Source: Macrostomum lignano
Lineage: Eukaryota
Direction of reading: 5' to 3'
DNA length: 64,000 nucleotides
NCBI GenBank assembly: GCA_002269645.1
Contig: NIVC01001057.1
Location: 124,001-188,000, forward strand
The notes beneath the pieces are model-generated. The model was not told the DNA's origin and ran no database searches. It worked only from the letters and a program-made list of their open reading frames with translations. Shown here piece after piece: positions 12,901 to 23,641 of the stretch. A program made the translations under genes and the position numbers. Position 1 is the first letter of the stretch, and every line of letters begins with the position of its first letter.

Positions 12901-13061
12901 AGGTTGCCGAACAGCGGCCAGGGCCGCGGGCCGGGCGGCGGGCGTGGGCGCTGGCGGCGGCGGAGCAGCAGGTAGGCAGCGGCGGAGGCGGCGGCCAGGG
13001 CGGCGGCTGCCACCAGGTGCCGCTGGCGCTGAGCGGGCAGCAGCAGCAGCAGAGAGTCCAT
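9959..13061 (-). CDS. Cytochrome P450, clan 2 (CYP2-like), 3 exons: 13061-12174, 11383-11087, 10315-9959 (~513 aa)
   Basis: N-terminal anchor plus PPGPRPWPLFGN, C-helix WREHRRF, I-helix LFIAGTDTTS, DEVQR (ExxR), PEQFRPERF and heme loop PFSIGKRACLGE. Phase-0 GT-AG junctions. Confidence 0.95.
10370..11086. repeat. 30-bp minisatellite (cagagcggtcacagcccgccacacacaaac)n filling P450 intron 2
   Basis: Direct inspection; the array starts at the GT donor. Confidence 0.95.
11488..12145. repeat. 20-bp minisatellite (gattagcaatccattgacta)n in P450 intron 1
   Basis: Direct inspection. Confidence 0.95.
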
Positions 13062-13394
13062 GCTGTATTCGAGAGTGACGCCTGTCGCTCAGCAGCTCTG
13101 AGTCAGAATTTTTGGCGACTCTCTTTATCTACCTGGCCCGGCCAGAGCGCACGCCTGAGAGATTGCGCGAGTAGCTCACGCTCAGGTAGGTGCCAGCCCG
13201 GGCCTGTAGGAGCGCGTCAGAGCCACCTGACCTTCGGATGAGCTTTCGCTTGGGGGTCAGAGACGGACTCAACTGATAAGAGCTGCGGACTGAAGGCTGG
13301 CTGTGTGGTATGAAATTCTTTGGCAGCAACACATATTGTTCGGTGCGAGCTCTGCTGCCTCTGCAGTTATTTTTCGCTTGCTTCTGTGCACTCA

Positions 13395-14105
13395 ATTCTA
13401 CCTGCTTACTGTTCTACCTGCTCTCAGTTCTACCTGCTCTCTGTTCTACCTGCTCTCAGTTCTACCTGCTCTCTGTTCTACCTGCTCTCTGTTCTACCTG
13501 CTCTCAGTTCTACCTGCTCTCAGTTCTACCTGCTCTCTGTTCTACCTGCTCTCAGTTCTACCTGCTCTCTGTTCTACCTGCTCTCTGTTCTACCTGCTCT
13601 CTGTTCTACCTGCTCTCAGTTCTACCTGCTCTCAGTTCTACCTGCTCTCAGTTCTACCTGCTCTCTGTTCTACCTGCTCTCTGTTCTACCTGCTCTCACA
13701 TCTACCTGCTCTCTGTTCTACCTGCTCTCTGTTCTACCTGCTCTCACATCTACCTGCTCTCAGTTCTACCTGCTCTCTGTTCTACCTGCTCTCAGTTCTA
13801 CCTGCTCTCTGTTCTACCTGCTCTCTGTTCTACCTGCTCTCACATCTACCTGCTCTCTGTTCTACCTGCTCTCACATCTACCTGCTCTCTGTTCTACCTG
13901 CTCTCTGTTCTACCTGCTCTCTGTTCTACCTGCTCTCTGTTCTACCTGCTCTCAGTTCTACCTGCTCTCAGTTCTACCTGCTCTCTGTTCTACCTGCTCT
14001 CTGTTCTACCTGCTCTCAGTTCTACCTGCTCTCACATCTACCTGCTCTCAGTTCTACCTGCCCTCAGTTCTACCTGCTCTCTGTTCTACCTGCTCTCTGT
14101 TCTAC
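13395..14105. repeat. 16-bp minisatellite (ctctgttctacctgct)n
   Basis: 16-aa periodicity in all three + frames. Confidence 0.95.
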
Positions 14106-14454
14106 TCTCTATTCTACTCCTTCGTAGTCACTGAAAGAAACTGTTGAGTTTCGGCTGAACTATAGTATTGCATAGAAAATGACATGATGCGATTAAACAA
14201 ATCCTTTCAACATGTATTTGAATGCGCTATTGATGAAATCATGCAGTGTGCTACAGGAAAGAGCTGTGCTAAACATCGCGAGTTACAGAGCTGGGCCTGA
14301 AAAAGGAATTGGGATAGACAGAGCCGCTTTATGAGGGAGTAACATTTCAGTATCAAAAATTTAAAGGAAAAAGTTCAGAGAAGCCACCGAGGACCGCGTG
14401 TAGTAGGAGTGACGTCATACTTTTAAAAAGGAAAGCCTTTTTTACAGCCTAACT

Positions 14455-14870
14455 GATTAATGATTGATTTGATGTTGACTAGATATTTTTAGATATTGAC
14501 TAGAGGTTGATTAGAGATTGTTTATACATTGATTAGATACTGATTAGATATTGATTAGAGGTTGATTATATATTGATTAGATATTGATTAGATAGTGATT
14601 AGATATTGATTAGATGGTGATTAGATATTGATTAGATATTGATTAGATATCGATTAGATATTGTTTAGTTTTTTGATTAGATATTGAGTGGATATTGATT
14701 GGATACTGATTATATATTGATTAGATATTGATTAGATATTGATAAGATACTGATTAGATACTGATTAGATATTGATTAGATATTGATTAGAGGTTCACCA
14801 AAGATTGATTAGATAACTGATTAGATACTGATAAGAAATTGATTAGGTTATGATTAGACATTGATTAGAC
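14455..14870. repeat. 11-bp degenerate minisatellite (gattagatatt)n
   Basis: Direct inspection. Confidence 0.85.
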
Positions 14871-15743
14871 ATTTATTCAAAGTGCGCCTCGTCCATTTCC
14901 TACTATTTGCTGTCCTGGGGCAGAAATGACAGAACAGGAAAGCTCTACAAAGCGTGAATTTATTCATTGCCAATCATTTTGCCATGGCTTGCTCTCGCCA
15001 GAAGTTACATCAGCCCTGCCAGCCGCTCCCCGGGGGAGGCATGGTTTGAGGACAGCTGAAGGGGGCACAACAAACAGCAGCAGTTGCTGCGGAGAAGGCG
15101 GGCCGCTGAAGGCGGAGGCCACACAAGCAGCCGGCCAGACCTGCATGCCAAATTTGCCTCAGCCTGGGGAGCAGTGCGCGGCAGCTGCAGGCTGCTGGAC
15201 CCCCTGCCTTCTCTTCATCTCGCCCTGTCTGCCAGCATCCACCACTCCCCAGCTGCCTTCCCATCAGGGCGAGGCTCCATTGCTCTGTCCCGCTCCCCTA
15301 CCCCCCCGCGCACTTTAGGACAACAGAAGGCTGGGAGCAGAGGGGGGCAAAGCACGGAGGATGAAGGGAAGAGGCTGAACTGCTGCTCCAGCGCGGATGG
15401 AGCGGCAGGACAAGCAGCAGCGGCAGCTGGGCTGCTCAAACAATGGCTGAGTCCTGAGGGGCGGCCAAGGCGCCCTCCACCGACATTGGCGGCCGGGGCG
15501 GCTGCACTTTTGCGATTCCCCACCGACTGCCGCACGCCCCGAAGCTGCGGAGCTGCTCCATCACTGACACAAGCGATTGCAAAACACCTGGCAACCAGGG
15601 GGGGGGGGGTTACTGGCTTGACTGCTGGGGACATTGCTGGTGTCGTTTGGGCGCATTTGTAGGAAGAAATGGCTGTGAAAAATTGTGTTCGCGAGTCCTC
15701 AGTTCAGACTGATGAAGATCAGAGTGTCAGCATCGCGGGAGCT

Positions 15744-18600
15744 TCAGTGCAGCCGGGTTTTCTCCCGGCGCAGGCCGCCCTCCGGCGGCTCGCGGGCGGC
15801 CTCCACGGGCCGGCCGTTCAGCGTGAGCTCATAGCGGGTGCCGCCGCGGCCGCCCGGCACGATGCTGATGCGGCCCTTCTGGCCGTCCAGCTCGAAGTCC
15901 AGCGTGGAGCCGGTGTCGCTGAAGTCGCTCTGCGTTATTTGGGTTGGGTTGGCTGCATTGCGAGACATGAGATCCGGGTGGTTGGGTTGGCTGCATTGCG
16001 AGACATGAGATCCGGGTGGTTGGGTTGGCTGCATTGCGAGACATGAGATCCGGGTGGTTGGGTTGGCTGCATTGCGAGACATGAGATCCGGGTGGGGTGC
16101 AGATGAGCCAGCTGGAGCTCTGCTGGCCGGCTTTTGCCACAAAGTTGACGAATACTTGCAGGTTTATCAAACAGAGTTCTGTGGAGATTTTCACTTTTAT
16201 TTTCTACTAGAAGATATTTTTTTCTGGTTGGATTTTTTCAGCCAAATTTGTCTATGGTAAAACCAGATTTGTTGTGTGAAATATGCAAACCTCTGTGACG
16301 GGGGGGCGATGACCAGCACAGATGGGAGGGCGATGACCTGCCCAGACGGGAGGATAATGACCAGCACAGATGGGAGGATAATGACCAGCACAGATGGGAG
16401 GATAATGACCAGCACAGACGGGAGGATAATGACCAGCACAGATGGGAGGATAATGACCAGCACAGATGGGAGGATAATGACCAGCACAGACGGGAGGATA
16501 ATGACCAGCACAGACGGGAGGATAATGACCAGCACAGACGGGAGGATAATGACCAGCACAGACGGGAGGATAATGACCAGCACAGACGGGAGGATAATGA
16601 CCAGCACAGATGGGAGGATAATGACCAGCACAGATGGGAGGATAATGACCAGCACAGACGGGAGGATAATGACCAGCACAGATGGGAGGATAATGACCAG
16701 CACAGACGGGAGGATAATGACCAGCACAGACGGGAGGATAATGACCAGCACAGACGGGAGGATAATGACCAGCACAGATGGGAGGATAATGACCAGCACA
16801 GATGGGAGGATAATGACCAGCACAGACGGGAGGATAATGACCAGCACAGAGGGGAGGATAATGACCAGCACAGACGGGAGGATAATGACCAGCACAGATG
16901 GGAGGATAATGACCAGCACAGACGGGAGGATAATGACCAGCACAGACGGGAGGATAATGACCAGCACAGACGGGAGGATAATGACCAGCACAGACGGGAG
17001 GATAATGACCAGCACAGATGGGAGGATAATGACCAGCACAGACGGGAGGATAATGACCAGCACAGACGGGAGGATAATGACCAGCACAGACGGGAGGATA
17101 ATGACCAGCACAGATGGGAGGATAATGACCAGCACAGATGGGAGGATAATGACCAGCACAGATGGGAGGATAATGACCAGCACAGATGGGAGGATAATGA
17201 CCAGCACAGATGGGAGGATAATGACCAGCACAGATGGGAGGATAATGACCAGCACAGACGGGAGGATAATGACCAGCACAGATGGGAGGATAATGACCAG
17301 CACAGATGGGAGGATAATGACCAGCACAGATGGGAGGATAATGACCAGCACAGATGGGAGGATAATGACCAGCACAGATGGGAGGATAATGACCAGCACA
17401 GACGGGAGGATAATGACCAGCACAGATGGGAGGATAATGACCAGCACAGACGGGAGGATAATGACCAGCACAGATGGGAGGATAATGACCAGCACAGATG
17501 GGAGGATAATGACCAGCACAGATGGGAGGATAATGACCAGCACAGATGGGAGGATAATGACCAGCACAGATGGGAGGATAATGACCAGCACAGACGGGAG
17601 GATAATGACCAGCACAGACGGGAGGATAATGACCAGCACAGATGGGAGGATAATGACCAGCACAGATGGGAGGGCGATGATCGGATACTTTTAAACTTCT
17701 TGGAGACTCAAGTAATCTACAGCAGAATCAAGCAATTTTGTTTTTAAACTGTCAGCCAATCATTCTGAGAGCTCGACCTATGCAATGTGCCTGTTGGTCT
17801 CGCTAATGCATTTGTTGGCCTTCAAAATCGGCCTTCAAATCCATTCCAGGACTTGAAGATTCGCTAATGCATTTTGGAGATGCACTCATGTTGAACGCAA
17901 ATTTTCTATTTCTGTTTTTTTACTAAAAGCCTTCAACAGCCTGCAGAGTGCGGGCTGCCTCACCTTCAAGTCTTCGGGGGGGGGGGGGAGACAAGACCCA
18001 GGCACAGGGGATGCAAATACACACTCTGCAGCGGCCCAGACTCCATTGCGACTGACAGCTGCGTTGAGTGCCGGGCTGGGGCAACTCGAGTGCGACCTGC
18101 CTTAGCGACTGCGGTAGGATAAATTGAGCCCGAGAGCTCGCAGTTAGGGATTGCTAGTCTAGCCCACTGATGAGGGAATAGAATGGATTGCTAATCTAAT
18201 CCATTGATGAAGGAATAGAATGGATTGCTAATCTAGCTCACTGATGAAGGAATAGAATGGATTGCTAGTCTAGCCCACTGATGAGGGAATAGAATGGATT
18301 GCTAATCTAATCCATTGATATTGCTATTAAACAGTTCACAATTGCCGCACTCACCACAGTCTGCAGCAGCTGGTCATTGCACCAGAGTTCAAGCGAGTCC
18401 TTGCCTAAAATTTGAGTATTATTTTGAGATAAATTCCTATGCCAGGGGTGAAGCCAGCCCAAAATGGGGTTGTGGACTTGTTTTGAGAAGCGCAGCACTC
18501 ACTCAGAGCGATGCTGTAGTTCACGCCCTGCAGCTTCGTGTTCCACACGGCCGTCTCGGCAGTCGGCATGTACGAGTTGACCGGCATGGCGGTGCGGGGC
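15744..18600 (-). CDS. FAIM: FAIM-like (Fas apoptotic inhibitory molecule) C-terminal exons 18600-18503, 18404-18355, 15929-15744; 5' exon(s) unresolved, candidate start MTDFNW at 19720
   Basis: The phase-compatible splice gives ...NSYMPTAETAVWNTKLQGVNYSIALSKDSLELWCNDQLLQTVSDFSDTGSTLDFELDGQKGRISIV...YELTLNGRPV. This resembles the recalled FAIM C-domain (KYM..TW.L..DG..F.IVLEKD.MDVWCNG...ET.GEF.DDGT). Confidence 0.7.
15940..16095. repeat. ~4 x 38-bp repeat next to the last FAIM-like acceptor
   Basis: gcattgcgagacatgagatccggg at 15955, 15993, 16031, 16069. Confidence 0.9.
16300..17680. repeat. 24-bp minisatellite (gggaggataatgaccagcacagay)n, ~57 copies
   Basis: Direct inspection; highly homogeneous. 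Confidence 0.97.
18145..18315. repeat. ~4 x 37-bp repeat, reverse complement of the 22225-22915 monomer
   Basis: gcccactgatgagggaatagaatggattgctaatcta units. Confidence 0.9.
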
Positions 18601-18604
18601 CTGC

Positions 18605-19500
18605 GAGGGACGGGAGGGTCACGACCATGCAGTACAGACAGGGACGGGAGGGTGATGACCAGTACAGACAGGGACGGGAGGGTCACGACCATGCAGTACA
18701 GACAGGGACTGGAGGGTGATGACCAGTACAGACAGTGGCGGGAGGGTGATGACCAGTACAGACAGGGACGGGAGGGTGATGACCAGTACAGACAGGGACG
18801 GGAGGGTGATGACCAGTACAGACAGAGACGGGAGGGTGATGACCAGTACAGACAGTGGCGGGAGGGTGATGACCAGTACAGACAGAGACGGGAGGGTGAT
18901 GACCAGTACAGACAGAGACGGGAGGGTGATGACCAGTACAGACAGTGGCGGGAGGGTGATGACCAGTACAGACAGAGACGGGAGGGTGATGACCAGTACA
19001 GACAGTGGCGGGAGGGTGATGACCAGTACAGACAGATACGGGAGGGTGATGACCAGTACAGACAGGGACGGGAGGGTGATGACCAGTACAGACAGAGACG
19101 GGAGGGTGATGACCAGTACAGACAGGGACGGGAGGGTGATGACCAGTACAGACAGGGACGGGAGGGTGATGACCAGTACAGACAGGGACGGGAGGGTGAT
19201 GACCAGTACAGACAGAGACGGGAGGGTGATGACCAGTACAGACAGTGGCGGGAGGGTGATGACCAGTACAGACAGAGACGGGAGGGTGATGACCAGTACA
19301 GACAGTGGCGGGAGGGTGATGACCAGTACAGACAGATACGGGAGGGTGATGACCAGTACAGACAGAGACGGGAGGGTGATGACCAGTACAGACAGAGACG
19401 GGAGGGTGATGACCAGTACAGACAGTGGCGGGAGGGTGATGACCAGTACAGACAGAGACGGGAGGGTGATGACCAGTACAGACAGTGGCGGGGACGGGAT
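18605..19500. repeat. 30-bp minisatellite (gggagggtgatgaccagtacagacagagac)n, ~29 copies
   Basis: Direct inspection. Confidence 0.97.
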
Positions 19501-19977
19501 GGCAATGACCAAGCTTAGCAATGGGAGGCGGTGGCTATCAAAGGAAGCTGGGCCTACGGACCAGCCAAGTGAGGCAGGACTGCCGCAGAGAATTAGTGCT
19601 CAAAGTTCCCTGCTCAGAGTTCTCTGGCAGCACCAATGGGAACCAGCACGCTTTACTGGCCAGCTCTGCCAATACTTGATGCAAAGAACCGAGCTGCAAC
19701 TCCCAGTTGAAGTCCGTCATTGAAGTTTGCTGCGAGGGGCTTGCAGGCAAACAGACAGGGTAACCGAATTTAGCGGGGGGGGGGTTCCTGGAAACTGATT
19801 ATACGGCAAAGTGGGCAGCCTTGGTAAGCAAACACGACTGGAAACTGGACCGGGGCTTAACTGGGTTTGCTCAGCGATCCGGCGAAACGAGGAGCGCCTC
19901 TGTGGAGCGGCTTTTATAGGAAATTTCACTGGCTCCGGCTCGTGCAGAGTGCAGTGAGCTCTCGGGGAAGCAGGATC

Positions 19978-20172
19978 TGAGGGCCAGTGTCTGAGGGCGG
20001 CAGGGCCAGTGTCTGAGGGCGGCAGGGCCAGTGTCTGAGGGCGGCAGAGCCAGTGTCTGAGGGCGGCAGTACCAGTGTCTGAGGGCGGCAGGGCCAGTGT
20101 CTGAGGGCGGCAGGGCCAGTGTCTGAGGGCGGCAGGGCCAGTGTCTGAGGGCGGCAGGGCCAGTGTCTGAGG
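19978..20172. repeat. 22-bp minisatellite (gggcggcagggccagtgtctga)n, ~9 copies
   Basis: Direct inspection. Confidence 0.95.
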
Positions 20173-20174
20173 CG

Positions 20175-20362
20175 TCTCACCTGGCCCCGGTCTCACCTGG
20201 CCCCGGTCTCACCTGGCCCCGGTCTCACCTGGCCCCGGTCTCACCTGGCCCCGGTCTCACCTGGCCCCGGTCTCACCTGGCCCCGGTCTCACCTGGCCCC
20301 GGTCTCACCTGGCCCCGGTCTCACCTGGCCCCGGTCTCACCTGGCCCCGGTCTCACCTGGCC
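20175..20362. repeat. 16-bp minisatellite (tctcacctggccccgg)n, 12 copies
   Basis: Units at 20175+16n. Confidence 0.97.
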
Positions 20363-20624
20363 ACTTTGGTCGGCTTCTTCTTTTTGCCCTCCTTCATGCG
20401 AGCGGCAGCGGATTTTCCAGACGAGAAGATGACGGACATTCTGCTGCTGCTGCTGCTGGTGTTTGGCTCTGGCTTTGGAAATGCCGCAGGATCTGCTGGC
20501 TGAGAGAACTTTGGGTAGAGAGGCGGGGAGCGGCGGGGCGCCATGGCGGCAGCTGAGCCGGGCTTTATTGCCAGCCCCGGCCTGGCTGAGCACCCGGTAT
20601 TGGCTGCAGCCCCGGCCGGTTCAG
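20353..20624 (-). CDS. Probable exon (EPAGAAANTG...MKEGKKKKPTKVAR); may be the last exon of the plakin-like gene
   Basis: Strong acceptor tttttccccag, open GC-rich frame, ends at GGCCAG|GTGAGA, which is also an in-frame TGA. Phase with the upstream exon is not resolved. Confidence 0.4.
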
Positions 20625-21499
20625 CTGGGGAAAAACTGGAGGATAAACAGACAGCAGACGGGGAACAGGGTTGGGAGTCGGGACAGTGGCGCAGGGGGTT
20701 AGGGAAGCTGGGAGAGACCGGTAATTACCAACACATTGCTTCGCCTTCTCAACTCAAACTGGCAGCAAAATAAAGTTTGAATGCATTGGTAAAAATTTGT
20801 TATAATCAAGTCGCTATAAAATACGGCACAGCAGGAAAAATGCTTAGGCCATTGTTAGCGAAAAACAATTAGTGCAATTCAATTGCGTTCATCCAGCACG
20901 TCTTGGTCTGAGGGGTTGCTTCGAACTGTTGATGGCTCCAGAAAGCATTTGTTTCTAAGAAAAGAATTTTTTCTGCGTTTTTAATTCACCTTGATTTTTT
21001 AATTTACGAACTTTTTAAAAAAAGCACAAACTCGATGTTTTAAGTTAAAAGTACATCTTGAGTGCAAATCCTGTGTGCATCTTTTATCAAATGGAGAATA
21101 AACCTGTGGCAGATGGGCATGCAGCTGTCAAAGATTTGAAATTCATTTATTTAAACAAATTATATAAAATCGATTTGTTAATATCAGCAAAAGCGGAACG
21201 AGAATTTAAAATGAGTATGAAAGTAAAAAAGTTTGAAAGTACAAAGTGCAACGAGCGACAGATCTTTGTTAAGAAATGAATTAGCTTGTTCAAGAAAATA
21301 AAAAGTGGATTTTCTAGGAAACAGGAAACTCAGTTTCTAGGAAATGTTTGCCGTTTATACAGAAGCTGTAAAATTGTTAGGGCGCGGTTAAAAATATCAA
21401 ATTCAAATCTTTCTACGAAACAGTATCTTTGCTTGAAGCACCTTCAGCTTTGTTTTACCGGAAAAGACCGTCCTTCAAAAACATTCATTTCTAAGAAAC

Positions 21500-23385
21500 C
21501 GTGGCCTGCCGGGCCAGCCCGCGGGCCGCTCGCACGGAGGACCGCAGCCGCTCCAGCCGGTCGCCGCCAGCCGAGGCCCGCCGCAGCTGCTGCTCGGCAT
21601 CGCCGACCGCAACTGAGGCGGCAGCGGCGGATTCCTCGGCGGCGCCATAAAACTCAGCGCGCACCAGGCCGCGGCGCAGGGCCTCGCGGAGCTGCACGCG
21701 GCGCTGGCCGTCCCGGTAAACGCCGCGCCCCGGCTCCAGGAGGCCGCGGCTGACGGCCGCTTCCGTGGCCAGCCAGGCGCCCGTGGCGGGATCCAGCGCA
21801 TGCGTCACCCGGAACGGCCGCGAGTCCCGGCGACCCAGCCAGGGTTGAGGAGCGGCGCCGTTAACCCCGTCGGAACCACTGCCGACATCTCCGACATCTT
21901 TGCCATCTCCGACATCCTTGCCATCTCCGACATCTTTGCCATCTCCGACATCTTTGCCGTCTCCGACATCTTTGCCATCTCCGACATCTTTGCCATCTCC
22001 GACATCTTTGCTTGCCCCATACTCGGTCGCTTCTTCGACAGTTTCGACAACCACGGGCTCCGCCCGGATGAGATCGCGGTTCATCGCCTCCATGACCGGC
22101 AGGCACTCTCCACTGATGCTGTTCACGTGGCAGCTGCGGTCAGCGCTGATCAACCCGCGGCTCAGGGCGTCGCTTAGAGAGACGTAGGCGCTCTCCGTGT
22201 GGTCTGCGAAACGGAGGGCGGTAACTAGATTAGCAATCCGTTCTATTCCTTCATCAGTGGGCTAGATTAGCAATCCATTCTATTCCTTCATCAGTGGGCT
22301 AGATTAGCAATCCATTCTATTCCTTCATCAGTGGGCTAGATTAGCAATCCATTCTATTCCTTCATCAGTGGGCTAGATTAGCAATCCATTCTATTCCTTC
22401 ATTAGTGGGCTAGATTAGCAATCCATTCTATTCCTTCATCAGTGAGCTAGATTAGCAATCCATTCTATTCCCTCATCAGTGGGCTAGATTAGCAATCCAT
22501 TCTATTCCCTCATCAGTGGGCTAGACTAGCAATCCATTCTATTCCCTCATCAGTGGGCTAGATTAGCAATCCATTCTATTCCCTCATCAGTGGGCTAGAT
22601 TAGCAATCCATTCTATTCCCTCATCAGTGGGCTAGACTAGCAATCCATTCTATTCCCTCATCAGTGGGCTAGATTAGCAATCCATTCTATTCCTTCATCA
22701 GTGGGCTAGATTAGCAATCCATTCTATTCCTTCATCAGTGGGCTAGATTAGCAATCCATTCTATTCCTTCATCAGTGGGCTAGATTAGCAATCCATTCTA
22801 TTCCTTCATCAGTGGGCTAGACTAGCAATCCATTCTATTCCTTCATCAGTGGGCTAGATTAGCAATCCATTCTATTCCTTCATCAGTGGGCTAGATTTGC
22901 AATCCATTCCATTCTTCATCACCAGGTATAACCAGCCTCACTTGCCAGGCGCATCAGCCAGGCATTTCTGTATTTTCCCAGCATTAATTAAGACCCCCGC
23001 TGAGGTGGGGCAGCGGCGCAGACTTTGAAGAGGTATTTTGGACAACAGTTGGGGGGCGATGCGTTTCCAGGCAGCTTATGAAGCCAGCGCGGCCCAGCAT
23101 CACTTATTGATGACATTGCTACAATCCAAATCTACAGGCATGGGGAGAGTCTTCTTTGGGAAATTCCCGTGCACGACATTTTTTGCAAAATTCATTCCCG
23201 CTGCAGCCGGGCAAGGCGGCTCGGCAGTGAGCCTCACCGAACACTCCAGAGATGCAGTAGCGAATCTCCTTGGACTGGTTGGCGCGGGCGGTGGCCTCCT
23301 CCTGCGGGGACTCCACGCTGTCCACCTCTTCTTGGAGGGATGACCAGAGACTGTAAACAAAAGTTTTATCTGTCTGTTTGATTTG

Positions 23386-23457
<72 letters not shown>

Positions 23458-23504
23458 CTAAGACAGACAGACACTAAGACAGACAGACAGACAGAAAGAC
23501 AGAA

Positions 23505-23599
<95 letters not shown>

Positions 23600-23600
23600 A

Positions 23601-23641
<41 letters not shown>

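Noticed and set aside
14926-15662. GC-rich ORFs on both strands, possibly a degenerate retroelement or exon
   Set aside because: No recognisable motif or convincing splice structure.
16197-17694. Long ORFs (472-488 aa) over the 24-bp array; likewise 18405-19723, 43359-45128, 50036-51759, 55396-57444, 13303-14147, 34065-34949, 35061-36002
   Set aside because: They are stop-free by-products of tandem repeats, open in several frames or on both strands, and mostly lie inside introns or intergenic gaps.
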